A stretch of 64,000 nt of DNA from a virus (taxonomy: Duplodnaviria > Caudoviricetes), in the IMG/VR virus record IMGVR_UViG_3300021255_002777, positions 18,750 through 82,749 of that record. One strand, written 5' to 3'. The position numbers were made by a program, and so were the translations under genes. Below are positions 29,828-39,112 of this stretch, piece by piece. Numbering within the stretch: position 1 is the first letter of the stretch; every line of letters begins with the position of its first letter. The notes below the pieces were generated by a model that did not search any database, was not told the DNA's origin, and saw only the letters and a list, made by a program, of their open reading frames with translations.

Positions 29828-30718
29828 TCAATTCTCTTTATCATCATCCCATACGAGGGTCTCGTTCTCAACAGTAGGATCATCACCACCTTCATTGATC
29901 TCGATATTCTGAACAACTTCAACAGTGCTCGTAACTTTATCACCACTTTCTGGCTTAGCGTCTTCAGGCTTAATTGTTGCAGGAATAAGATCGAGTACAG
30001 CAGGAACATCTCCGCCATTCTTTGTAGCTTCAAGGTTACCAAGAGCCTCAAATTGACGGTCAAATTCATGCATTCTGGGAATAAGTTGATTCCACATCCT
30101 TGTAATGCTTTCCATCTCACTCAGTGACGGCATCTTGAAGTGTGCACCGAGTCTTCCAGCAGCATATGCATACCTTTTCTCAGCATTTTGGAGCACTGCC
30201 GGTTGCAACTTGCCTTGGTCAAACAGAATTGTAAACACTTCTCTTTTTATATAAGCATCAAGTGCAAGCATATAGATGGGGTCATCTATTAGCATAGGCA
30301 TTCCAGTTTCATCAACAGCAACTGAGAGATATGCTATGCTAATCATTCCGTGTTCAAAAGATGTGAACAAAGTTCTTCCCTGCGTCTTAAAACTTAACTC
30401 GTGGAATCTTCTTCTTTCCCCAAAGTAAGGATGATTCCGCTGCGGGTTAAATACATCAGTCATACTGCGCAGGCTAATACCGCTTTTGCAGTCCTTCACA
30501 AGTTCAATACTTATAAGGTCGCAAGGAAGTTCACAACGGAATGCATCAACTTTTAGAGTTACCTCTTTATGCTGATACATTTGAGGAAGCCCGAATATTC
30601 CTATAAAGTCTATAGTGTATTGCACCACCTGCTCAAGATTAACATCCTGAAGCAATGGGTGCCTTAATGTTCTTGATAAGGCTTCACGTATATTGATATA
30701 TCTAACTTCTTTGTTCAT
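29828..30718 (-). CDS. Tail ring protein 1 / tail tubular protein (crAss001 gp43-like) with C-terminal extension
   Basis: LRHPLLQDVNLEQVVQYTIDFI, CELPCDLISI and MPSLSEMESITRMWNQLIPR match my recollection of gp43. Confidence 0.75.
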   Translation of the reverse strand: MNKEVRYINIREALSRTLRHPLLQDVNLEQVVQYTIDFIGIFGLPQMYQHKEVTLKVDAFRCELPCDLISIELVKDCKSGISLRSMTDVFNPQRNHPYFGERRRFHELSFKTQGRTLFTSFEHGMISIAYLSVAVDETGMPMLIDDPIYMLALDAYIKREVFTILFDQGKLQPAVLQNAEKRYAYAAGRLGAHFKMPSLSEMESITRMWNQLIPRMHEFDRQFEALGNLEATKNGGDVPAVLDLIPATIKPEDAKPESGDKVTSTVEVVQNIEINEGGDDPTVENETLVWDDDKEN

Positions 30719-31194
30719 TGCAAAGTGTATTTTGTTTCTATCTCTCTTACCCTTCCTTTACTTGGTCTGATCTCCAGCATCAATGGCCAGTACCACTGTT
30801 TTCTGCTCCTGCTTATGGTGCTGTGTCTGATACGCAGTATGTTCCTGGTCGGATTTCTGCGGACTAACAGCCTGTCACGGAATGCATCGCTGTCAACACA
30901 CCACCATTCGTGGGTTCGTTTCCAGTCTATAGCCTTCGGCCACCCTATCTTGTTGGGCACAACTTCCATATTGAACAGGAATGGAACTGCAATATGATGA
31001 CCCGCGTAAACATACTCCCAAACTTTCTCACCCACTTTGTTGAGGATTTTATTGAAGATGGTGTACTCGACGTTTATTTGCCCAGCCTTTTTCATGGCAG
31101 CATAGACAGATTTTTTACTGTTGAGGTATTTTGTACCAACGGTTCTGCCTGCCTTGGCGTTCCTGTCTTTTATGTACTGCTCAAACTCTGTCAT
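30715..31194 (-). CDS. IHF/HU-like protein of the Crassvirales tail region
   Basis: Basic 159 aa; helical N-half then GHHIAVPFLFNMEV (HU-like beta arm) and IDWKRTHEWW; conserved position between ring genes. Confidence 0.45.
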   Translation of the reverse strand: MTEFEQYIKDRNAKAGRTVGTKYLNSKKSVYAAMKKAGQINVEYTIFNKILNKVGEKVWEYVYAGHHIAVPFLFNMEVVPNKIGWPKAIDWKRTHEWWCVDSDAFRDRLLVRRNPTRNILRIRHSTISRSRKQWYWPLMLEIRPSKGRVREIETKYTLQ

Positions 31195-31892
31195 TGTTTA
31201 GTGGATTGCGGGGCAGACATACTGCCGAAGTCATCATTTGCGTTGTTGGCTGTGTCTTCTGGACGGTAAACACTGCCAGAGAGTTCCTTCACACACAGCT
31301 CAATCAGAGTGGGAAGCAATGCATTTTCGATAGGGAACTGGCTATCAAGGATGTCACAATGCTTTCCGTTCTCGTCACAGAGTAATTCAGCCGCTGCTTC
31401 TGGGTCGTCAAATATGCCTGTAACTTTGGCTTTCTTCATATACAGATACTGCGGGTTCTGGCTTGTCAGCCACAGATGATTGTCTGGGCCAAGAGCAGAA
31501 TAGATGATGTCCTTCATCCACTTGTTGTACCCGACGAATTTCATCCTGTCCATAGTAACATAGGCAATGCGCTCACCTTTGAAGAAGTTAAGCGGATAAA
31601 CCTTGGTGGATGCTGCTGTAATGGATGCGGGGATTTCCTGCACACTCTTAAGCATATACCCTTCCTCGCAAGGGAACCCATCAAGGGCTTCAACCTTCTT
31701 AAGGTCAAGGCAGATAGTCTGGTAGTTGCTTTCTGGAATATCCTTCTTAATGTCCTTGTAATGTTGTTTCAACAACATGGAACGGTACTTGCTCGCAAGC
31801 CAGATGATGTGCTCCTGCGTAAACACAGCATCGTCACTGAGCAACTTCAGCTCATCAAGGATCATGTATGTAACTTCTCTGTAAGTACTCAT
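31191..31892 (-). CDS. Tail ring protein 2 (crAss001 gp40-like)
   Basis: TYREVTYMILDELKLLSDDA.FTQEHI...KYRSMLLKQHYKDIKK.IPESNYQTICLDL matches my recollection of gp40. Confidence 0.8.
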   Translation of the reverse strand: MSTYREVTYMILDELKLLSDDAVFTQEHIIWLASKYRSMLLKQHYKDIKKDIPESNYQTICLDLKKVEALDGFPCEEGYMLKSVQEIPASITAASTKVYPLNFFKGERIAYVTMDRMKFVGYNKWMKDIIYSALGPDNHLWLTSQNPQYLYMKKAKVTGIFDDPEAAAELLCDENGKHCDILDSQFPIENALLPTLIELCVKELSGSVYRPEDTANNANDDFGSMSAPQSTKQ

Positions 31893-31908
31893 ATCGCGAT
31901 AGTTTATG

Positions 31909-31916
31909 CAAAGATA
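31909..31916 (-). promoter_or_regulatory. Bacteroidetes sigma-A -7 element TATCTTTG
   Basis: Matches the TAnnTTTG consensus, ~17 nt upstream of the ring-2 ATG. Confidence 0.65.
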
Positions 31917-31981
31917 AAAACAACAAACCCACCATCGTATGGAGGTAGTGGATTTGTAATTAAAGGTAAGTAATCTACTAA

Positions 31982-32371
31982 TCAGACAACATCAAACATT
32001 GTATCACCACGGTGCAGTGAACCGTCTTCTTTCTTACGCGGATTATCTACAGATGAGCGCTGTCTGTACTGTTGCGACTGCCTGAGATTGTGTGAATAAG
32101 AGCCATCACGGGGTTTACTAAACCTGAAGTGTGTTGTGCGTCCAATAATGCAGCCATTGTTATATAAGCAATTCAGGGCACGATTAAACGCGGATAAGCC
32201 AGTGTCGTCTAAGTGTTCACTGAGCTGCCCGTTAAACACTGCCTCAGTGATGAACAAATAAATAAGTAGACCTCGCACACCTTCTTTCTTATAGTATCCA
32301 GCCTCTTCAAGTACATGAAAATATCTGGAAATGCTACTATACAAATTATCAGTATGTTCCATGACATCCAC
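31982..32371 (-). CDS. Tail hub protein B (crAss001 gp39-like)
   Basis: ISRYFHVLEEAGYYK...LLIYLFI...ALNCLYNNGCII matches my recollection of gp39. Confidence 0.65.
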   Translation of the reverse strand: MDVMEHTDNLYSSISRYFHVLEEAGYYKKEGVRGLLIYLFITEAVFNGQLSEHLDDTGLSAFNRALNCLYNNGCIIGRTTHFRFSKPRDGSYSHNLRQSQQYRQRSSVDNPRKKEDGSLHRGDTMFDVV

Positions 32372-33350
32372 ATCCTTTACCGCCCATCATACTTGGACCG
32401 AATGATGAGCCTGAATTAAGATAATTGTTCCAGTAGTACAATGCTTGGCAGACATCACCGCATCGTAATGCAAAATCAAAACCGTAGTACTTGAGAATAA
32501 AGTCTTCAAATGCGGATGCACTACTGTCGCTGCAGGATTCACCGAGTGCATTTGCGTACCTTACAGCAGAATCGTAGATAGGTTTGCTGTTATAAACAAC
32601 ACCGGTAATAGTATTCTCATCCCAGCCACAGCCCATAGTTGCAATCTCAACAGCCTTACCGTCAACACGTGCTTCAGCTGTCACGACAAATAATGAACTG
32701 CCAATGTCCGCATTATCAAGATTTATTAGATCAGTACTATTCAGACATAAACGTTTGTGCTGAATCGGTTCTGGACTCTTATATTGCACACTATTGCGGG
32801 AAGGATCGTTAATAATATCTGTATATAGATTGAACAACTCAATGAACTCAGTATATTCATTATCAGTGAACAGACTCTTAGAACTTGTTATGAGGGAATT
32901 AATGTAATCAATGATTACTTTAACATCGAATATATTCTTTTGCCCGTCGTTATTAACATCATACCTGTCTTCCATAGGTATTCGGCCTAGGATTGCATCA
33001 GTAACCAGGATATAATCGTGAAGGTCTACCTTGCCATCAAGATTGACATCATACTTATTAAGCTCGTCTTTGTCTGGACGTAACTTTTTCATGAACATGT
33101 TGAGCCTATTGATCTGCTCAACATCACGTTCAGTAATCTTGCCGTCACCATCCATATCAACGTATGTCAGACCTGAACCGCCTCGGTAAACAACCACACC
33201 GTTACCAGTTCCGTTACAGTAGTCTTCAGCAAGATTAACTGTTACTTTGTCAATATAACACTGCGCATATTCGTCAAAGTTGTCTATTTCAACATCAATA
33301 ACGATATGACTGTTGTCATCAGTAACGTATAGTTCATTAAAATGTAGCAT
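32349..33350 (-). CDS. Tail hub protein A (crAss001 gp38-like) with an inserted dockerin-like Ca-binding domain
   Basis: N-terminus MLHFNEL..IVIDV, C-terminus FEDFILKY...KGCGCHG; three internal DxD/NxDGxxxxxD repeats (aa 65-142). Confidence 0.75.
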   Translation of the reverse strand: MLHFNELYVTDDNSHIVIDVEIDNFDEYAQCYIDKVTVNLAEDYCNGTGNGVVVYRGGSGLTYVDMDGDGKITERDVEQINRLNMFMKKLRPDKDELNKYDVNLDGKVDLHDYILVTDAILGRIPMEDRYDVNNDGQKNIFDVKVIIDYINSLITSSKSLFTDNEYTEFIELFNLYTDIINDPSRNSVQYKSPEPIQHKRLCLNSTDLINLDNADIGSSLFVVTAEARVDGKAVEIATMGCGWDENTITGVVYNSKPIYDSAVRYANALGESCSDSSASAFEDFILKYYGFDFALRCGDVCQALYYWNNYLNSGSSFGPSMMGGKGCGCHGTY

Positions 33351-33360
33351 AGTTTAAAAT

Positions 33361-33392
33361 AGAAAAGGGCGGCGGTTACAGAACCACCGCCC
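33361..33392 (-). terminator. Intrinsic terminator after the auxiliary capsid gene
   Basis: GGGCGGCGGTT-acag-AACCACCGCCC stem preceded on + by an A-tract (U-tail on the minus strand). Confidence 0.75.
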
Positions 33393-33426
33393 AGGTTATA
33401 CAGGATCGAGTAGATTAGGGCTTGGT

Positions 33427-34449
33427 TTAAATAGATGTGGCCACACCATCAGCGATGTAATGGTCAAGCCCTGCAAACGTAGCAACCGTTACTGCAATAG
33501 TATTAAGCGCAACATTATTGGTAGAATCAGCAACAAATACCATATCACGCTCAGACTTCTGCGGACCTTCATTGTCAATATCATCCCAGAAGTGGATGGT
33601 CAGGTAGTTGTACTCCTTGGTGGGATCGACAAGCAAAGAAGCAGGAGTGGTAATACTCAGAGGCCAATCTTTGCCACGATACTGGTCACCGCGCTCACCC
33701 ATGCAGAACCACTCAAGGTCGGCAGTCTCTTTACCGTTACCGATAAAGCCGTTAGCGGCTACCTCTGTTACGGTGGCAGTGCCCCAATCATAGCGCTCAA
33801 GATTGTCAACAACAACGGGAACAAAGTGAACCTTGTAGTCAGGACGGGTCTGCTTCATGCGGCCAAGATTCCAAGGCTGCTCAACTTCGGTAAGGGTAAT
33901 ATCAGAAACGGTTCCAGTGAAGTCCTCCTTCTTGGTTGTGGGCGTTACCTCAACACCGCCTGCAGTGATAGTGAAAGGCATATCAACCTCACGGGAGAAG
34001 TTTTTGGCTGCGCTGATTGCAAGGCTAATGAGCAGGTCACTTGCATTGTTGCTGAATGCACGTGCAGAAGCATACTTCTCGTAGGTATCTTCGTCGCTCA
34101 TTCCAAAATAGTTCTTGAACGCGAAGTTGATAATGTAGTCCTGTCCAATGACAGGGGCACCATTGTTAACTCCAGAGTTCATAGTGATGACAACCTTGCG
34201 CTTGTTCTTCCTTAATGAGGCAGCTGAATTATAGCTTACCCACTTAACTTTGCGCTTCTTGATACGGTCAGTAGCGATTACACCACCATTACCAATATAC
34301 TTGAAGAACATGAACCAGCCATCAGCGGATGTCTGTTGTGCAAGAGTGCCAACAGGGTCATTGGCAGCAAGGGATGCACTGCCACTTTCACCGGGGTCGT
34401 TAACCTTACTAACGACATACAAATGCTTTACTTGATTTACAGAATACAT
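33427..34449 (-). CDS. Auxiliary capsid protein (crAss001 gp36-like)
   Basis: SVNQVKHLYV, PVIGQDYIINFAFKNYFGMSDED, GKETADLEWFCMGERGDQYR match my recollection of gp36. Confidence 0.8.
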   Translation of the reverse strand: MYSVNQVKHLYVVSKVNDPGESGSASLAANDPVGTLAQQTSADGWFMFFKYIGNGGVIATDRIKKRKVKWVSYNSAASLRKNKRKVVITMNSGVNNGAPVIGQDYIINFAFKNYFGMSDEDTYEKYASARAFSNNASDLLISLAISAAKNFSREVDMPFTITAGGVEVTPTTKKEDFTGTVSDITLTEVEQPWNLGRMKQTRPDYKVHFVPVVVDNLERYDWGTATVTEVAANGFIGNGKETADLEWFCMGERGDQYRGKDWPLSITTPASLLVDPTKEYNYLTIHFWDDIDNEGPQKSERDMVFVADSTNNVALNTIAVTVATFAGLDHYIADGVATSI

Positions 34450-34492
34450 AATCGATTAAGTTTTAGTTATACATTATTATTGACTATCTAAG

Positions 34493-35200
34493 TTAACTTG
34501 CTGCGCCGACGTATGCAGCTTTTGCCGCTCTGACAGCGCTGTCCAGGATGATGCGGTGCAGTGATTCGTGAAGCTCGCAACCGAGAGGCCCTGTCTGCTT
34601 ATTGATGGTGTTGTCTGTCAGCTTCTCAAGGATGATGGGCTGCGGATGCCTTATGTACTTTACAAAGTACTTGCTGAGTTCATCCTTTGAAACGACTTCG
34701 ATGACACGGTGTTCATCAACAATACCGACATCGAACCTCAGTGCCCTGCGCTTTGAAGGGCCGCGGAATGGGTCTCCTTTAATCCTATGAAACTCGTCAT
34801 AGGTTGCGGGAACAATCTCCACAGGAAAATTGCGGGCATCAATCTGGCAAGGCTTCTTGTCCTCATTACTGTCTCCTTTGTACTTGGCGGCTTCGTAGAC
34901 AATATACCACAACGAATCATCAAGTTCAAAGAAGGTGCTGTTGCTGGCTATCATAGCATAGTTCAAGCCAGTGGGTTCAAGAACCTCCGACACAAGCAGG
35001 CTGTCAAGACTGCGGCGCATCTGCTCCGTGAGTTCAAATCCACCGTAAGAACCAGCACCTGTATAAAGCGCGGTTACAAGACCCTCCTGCTCATGGGTGA
35101 GAAACACGCTTTTCTCGTACTCATCGAGGCCAGGGGACTGTGACGAGGTGATGTTGTTATACATCAGATCAAACTCGGTGGAAAACTCTTGGATAGTCAT
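34493..35200 (-). CDS. Tail ring protein (crAss001 gp34/gp35-like)
   Basis: EFSTEFDLMYNNI..PGLDEYEKSVFLT; DPFRGPSKRRALR; CELHESLHRIILD.AV. Confidence 0.8.
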   Translation of the reverse strand: MTIQEFSTEFDLMYNNITSSQSPGLDEYEKSVFLTHEQEGLVTALYTGAGSYGGFELTEQMRRSLDSLLVSEVLEPTGLNYAMIASNSTFFELDDSLWYIVYEAAKYKGDSNEDKKPCQIDARNFPVEIVPATYDEFHRIKGDPFRGPSKRRALRFDVGIVDEHRVIEVVSKDELSKYFVKYIRHPQPIILEKLTDNTINKQTGPLGCELHESLHRIILDSAVRAAKAAYVGAAS

Positions 35201-35202
35201 AG

Positions 35203-36102
35203 TTACTGTTTCTGTTCCTTGACAGCTTTTTGTAATGAGAAAAGAAGCTCCTGTTGACGCGGACCCATGAGGTACCTTGCGGCACTGGTCAGTGTGGGGT
35301 CTTCACCACTATTGCACAACGGGGTGTTGTCGGCGGTGTTGTAGTAGAAGTCACCACGACGCGCAATCAGTCCAGCTTTGACGCATTGGCGGATAAGCAA
35401 CTTGTTGGGGAACAACTCATCACGGATAACTTTGAGGAACAACTTCGGGTCTGCTTGGATAAGCTCGTTGATTTTGGTCTGAAGGTATTCCTCCGTGGTC
35501 TTGTAGTCCATTTCGTTGCCTGTGATGGTGAGGATGATAAAGCGCATAGCATCCATATCATGCTCAATCTTTCCGAACTCTTTGTAACTCATCATCGTGT
35601 TGCTCATGTTCTGCTTTGCACTCTTGGTCTCATCATCCGATTTAAGGATAACGAACTGGTAAGTTGCCTTAGGGTGTTCCTCAAGTTCCTCGATACTCGA
35701 AGCAATGAAGTCCTTGTTGGCCAACGCAATCTTGTAACGGATATAATCGTTGGGGTCACTAAGGTCGAGATAGGTATCACCCTTGCGCAACGTGATGCTG
35801 CTGATGCCCCCTGTGTTTGCATCTGACCAGAAGTTGTCCTCACCTTTGGTATACACGGAAAGGGCATTGTATTCAAGGCCCATAACGTGCTCAAGATAAT
35901 TCTTCTCATCATTGGTCAGCACATTAACGAAAGCACCGTTCTTCAACTTAGGGACACAGAAGGTACGTGTGGCACCCTCGCTGAGACCTCCGTAGAGGAC
36001 ATGCTTCGGGTTATCAACAAGACCTGTCTGTTTAGGAATATGCCTGATGACAATCTGTTCATTGCGCAGGCAGTTTTTTAATTCACTCTGTTCTTTTGCC
36101 AT
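35203..36102 (-). CDS. Conserved Crassvirales protein downstream of the major capsid gene
   Basis: About 299 aa from ATG 36102 (MAKEQ); HVLYGGL, LDLSDPNDYIRYKI motifs; syntenic position. Confidence 0.7.
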   Translation of the reverse strand: MAKEQSELKNCLRNEQIVIRHIPKQTGLVDNPKHVLYGGLSEGATRTFCVPKLKNGAFVNVLTNDEKNYLEHVMGLEYNALSVYTKGEDNFWSDANTGGISSITLRKGDTYLDLSDPNDYIRYKIALANKDFIASSIEELEEHPKATYQFVILKSDDETKSAKQNMSNTMMSYKEFGKIEHDMDAMRFIILTITGNEMDYKTTEEYLQTKINELIQADPKLFLKVIRDELFPNKLLIRQCVKAGLIARRGDFYYNTADNTPLCNSGEDPTLTSAARYLMGPRQQELLFSLQKAVKEQKQ

Positions 36103-36224
36103 TCTTTTGTTCTCCTGGGTCCTCCTCCTCCTGCCTGCCTCCGTCACACGATGATACGTGTTCAGGAGGCTGGAAGAAGGCGGCGTTTAACTATTAATTA
36201 TTTATGCATATGAAAAAACTATCC

Positions 36225-37736
36225 TTATGCAGAGAGCATGTTGGGGATAATGCTCATGGTGCGGGTGGGATCGAGAACCATGATTCCAAGCTGTGCCATC
36301 TTGTGGATGACTGCGCTATCCTCATCATAGCTCATGTAGGGATTGTACGAAGTGCCCAGGAACGGATTGCGCATACCTGCTTGATAGCCACGGTACTCAG
36401 GCTTGCCCTTAATCTCACAAATCTGGATGTTGGGCTGGTCCATAGTACCGATATCAAAGATATCATAGCGGTAACTCATTGCAGGGCCTCCAAGGTAGTG
36501 CTCAACCTTGTTACGTACAGGGTCATCATAGAACGGGTCAACCTCGACCTTCAATACCAAGCCGTTGGGAGCACGCCACTCGGTGAACTGGTAGCCGGCA
36601 CTCAGTGAAGTGCTGTGCAGTTCGGAGTTAGTCTTCTTGATGGCACCCATTGCAGTTGCATCCATCTCAAAGGGGAGCCATCCGCTGACATCCTCCTTGA
36701 CGGCCTTGTGGAACTGGGCTGCACCACGCTCACCAGTGCGCATAACGAAATTACGCTCACCGAAATCAAGCTTAGCGGCACTCAGCTGATACAATGCATT
36801 CTCCAGCAGGCGTAGCGAGAAGTCACTGTAGTACATAGTATTGGCGACCTCCATCTGCTCAAACAGACCTGCACCAGTCTTAATGACACCACCGCTGCGG
36901 CCAATGTTGGTGTATTCACCGTTCTTGTTGCGGTTGCTGCGACCAAAGACAAGGGCGTTGTTCTTGTACTCGGAGAACTGCTCCTCGACCTTGTAGTCAA
37001 CGTAGTACATCCAGGTGTCAATAACAGTGTGAGTGTAGCGGCCGTTGGTCTGCTTAACAATAGGCAGACCTACTGCCAATTTCTTGTCAAGCATGTTGCC
37101 GGTCACCTTGTGCTGGATACGTACAGTGCTCCACTCATTGCGCATGGCAACAGGAGTCGAGAAACGTACATCGCCTACCTTGCGGCTCAGCTCACGCTCA
37201 ACGAATGCTGCCTCAATGGAGAAACGCTCACCAGCAAGCAGACGCTCAGCGGGAACACCGTCGGTATTACCACCGCCAAGCTCTACCTTATAGACGGCGC
37301 GAGTACCTTCCATGCGGGCATTCTCAATGATGCGGAACTGGTAAACCTCGTTCAAGTTACCTACAATGTACTCACCGAGAGCGAACCAGTCCTCATCGAA
37401 TACCAGCTCGAAGGGTGCAGTGCCTGCACCAATCATAGCACCGTTGTTGGTGACTTTTACACCGTTCTCATCACGGGCTTCAACCAGAGGAATGTTACGA
37501 CGGCTGGAGCCAATGACGTTCCAATAGAACTCCTCGTCGTTGTCAAACTGCTTGCGAGGCAGGCGATTCAACAGGCTCTCAAGGGTATTGCCTTTCTTGA
37601 AGGCGAGCAGCTCAATCATCGTGTTGGTGGCGAGCTGGGGCTTGCGCTGGAAAATAGCACCCAGGTGGTTGTCTTTGGTCATGCCTTTCCAGGTCTTAAA
37701 GCCGATAGTCTGAAATCTACTAAGTCTTCCTGACAT
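36225..37736 (-). CDS. Major capsid protein (HK97 fold, Crassvirales; crAss001 gp32-like)
   Basis: 503 aa; WKGMTKDNHLGAIFQ, AFVERELSRKVGDVRF, MRNEWS, YRYDIFDIG motifs closely resemble the crAss001 MCP as recalled. Confidence 0.93.
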   Translation of the reverse strand: MSGRLSRFQTIGFKTWKGMTKDNHLGAIFQRKPQLATNTMIELLAFKKGNTLESLLNRLPRKQFDNDEEFYWNVIGSSRRNIPLVEARDENGVKVTNNGAMIGAGTAPFELVFDEDWFALGEYIVGNLNEVYQFRIIENARMEGTRAVYKVELGGGNTDGVPAERLLAGERFSIEAAFVERELSRKVGDVRFSTPVAMRNEWSTVRIQHKVTGNMLDKKLAVGLPIVKQTNGRYTHTVIDTWMYYVDYKVEEQFSEYKNNALVFGRSNRNKNGEYTNIGRSGGVIKTGAGLFEQMEVANTMYYSDFSLRLLENALYQLSAAKLDFGERNFVMRTGERGAAQFHKAVKEDVSGWLPFEMDATAMGAIKKTNSELHSTSLSAGYQFTEWRAPNGLVLKVEVDPFYDDPVRNKVEHYLGGPAMSYRYDIFDIGTMDQPNIQICEIKGKPEYRGYQAGMRNPFLGTSYNPYMSYDEDSAVIHKMAQLGIMVLDPTRTMSIIPNMLSA

Positions 37737-37788
37737 AATTGTATAATTTAAGGATTAAGATATTTCATTTGTCGCCGCCATGAATACA

Positions 37789-38889
37789 TCAGACATCAAG
37801 CTCGAAATCATCAATGAACGAGTTCTGGTCTGTGTTGACTCCTGTGAGCAGGTTCAGGCTCCCATCCGGGTTGCGGCTTGTGCTGTTGATGACACGCTCA
37901 AGGTCTGCCAAGCCTTTGCTGGTTCTGCGGTTGACCTCACCCTTGACAAGATTGTTGATGTTCTTGAACCCATCGGTGAGGACATACAGCAGCCCTACAT
38001 TGCGGCTGAACTGGTCAGGGTCTGAACGCTGCACCCACTGAAGCTCTGTATAATAGTTGCCGTCATTATCGCGTTTAGTCGGCTTCGTTAATGCATCTAG
38101 CACACGGCGGCGGGTAGTACTGTCAACATCAACTGAACCGAACACCTTGTCATCTTCCAACAGAGACTTCTCAAACTTCTTTGCTCTGTCGTCATAGGCT
38201 TTCTTGGCTTGCTCACGCTGCTGTTTTGCATCTTCAAGAACTCTATTGTAACGGTTGCTGAAGAACTGCTTGTTGGCTTCAAACGCATCGCGTGCATCGT
38301 CGATGTCCGTGCCAGCATCCAGGGATTTCTTGATTTCCTTCAGCGCCTTCTCTTGAGAGTAGCCTCTATTCATCAAATCTTGATAGATGAGGCGGCGACG
38401 AAGATCTTCACCCTGTGAGTTCTTGGCTGTGAGCATCTCGTCATTGATTTGCTCAAGGTAAGCCAAAGCACCTTCATACTGTTGAATCTCTGTAGGTTCA
38501 ACACCGTTTGACAAGGCCGCATTGATACGGCGTTGGCGCTCATCGAGACCTGCTTCAATCTGTTTGTCAATCAGGCTGCGGAAACTGCCTGCATCTTTCA
38601 CAGCTGAAAGGGTCTCGTCATCGAGGTCAGGAAAAACCCCCTCCTCACGCAAAGCGGCGGCGATGGAGTTGAACAGGTTTGGCGTAGGAGAACCGGGCTG
38701 CTGCTGGGCAGGGGGTTCATTGTCGTTGCCTACGCTCTCCGAACCTTCATCAAGGTCCTCAACAACGGGTTCTTCTTCCTGATTTTCCTCTTCTTGTACC
38801 TGATCTTCACCTTCGTCAGAGTCGAGATTGGCAAGGATGCTGCCCAGCTCCTCGTCAGTGAAGATGTTGTCTGAATCCAATAATTCCAT
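37789..38889 (-). CDS. Capsid scaffolding protein
   Basis: Very acidic N-terminus plus coiled-coil body; immediately upstream of the MCP gene. Confidence 0.7.
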   Translation of the reverse strand: MELLDSDNIFTDEELGSILANLDSDEGEDQVQEEENQEEEPVVEDLDEGSESVGNDNEPPAQQQPGSPTPNLFNSIAAALREEGVFPDLDDETLSAVKDAGSFRSLIDKQIEAGLDERQRRINAALSNGVEPTEIQQYEGALAYLEQINDEMLTAKNSQGEDLRRRLIYQDLMNRGYSQEKALKEIKKSLDAGTDIDDARDAFEANKQFFSNRYNRVLEDAKQQREQAKKAYDDRAKKFEKSLLEDDKVFGSVDVDSTTRRRVLDALTKPTKRDNDGNYYTELQWVQRSDPDQFSRNVGLLYVLTDGFKNINNLVKGEVNRRTSKGLADLERVINSTSRNPDGSLNLLTGVNTDQNSFIDDFELDV

Positions 38890-38943
38890 GCTTTAATCTC
38901 CTTTGTGTATGTAGTTTAACTGATTCGTGTACAGAATTGATGT

Positions 38944-38952
38944 GCAAATTTA
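38944..38952 (-). promoter_or_regulatory. Bacteroidetes -7 element TAAATTTGC for the scaffold-MCP unit
   Basis: TAnnTTTG match ~55 nt upstream of the scaffold ATG. Confidence 0.6.
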
Positions 38953-39021
38953 CATTGTTAAAAAAGTGACGGTTTGCAGTAAATGTTTTCACTAACAAAC
39001 CGTACACACTTTTAGTAATCA

Positions 39022-39111
39022 TTACAGATTTACAGCATACCCTTTCAGTCCAGCCTTTGGAGACATTGGCTTTGGCCTCGTCGATTTTGATGCTACTCTC
39101 TTTGTTGCCAT
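39022..39111 (-). CDS. Small basic peptide MATKRVASKSTRPKPMSPKAGLKGYAVNL (29 aa; not in the ORF track)
   Basis: ATG 2 nt after the upstream stop (39113); K/R/P-rich; fills the gap before the scaffold promoter. Confidence 0.6.
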   Translation of the reverse strand: MATKRVASKSTRPKPMSPKAGLKGYAVNL

Positions 39112-39112
39112 A

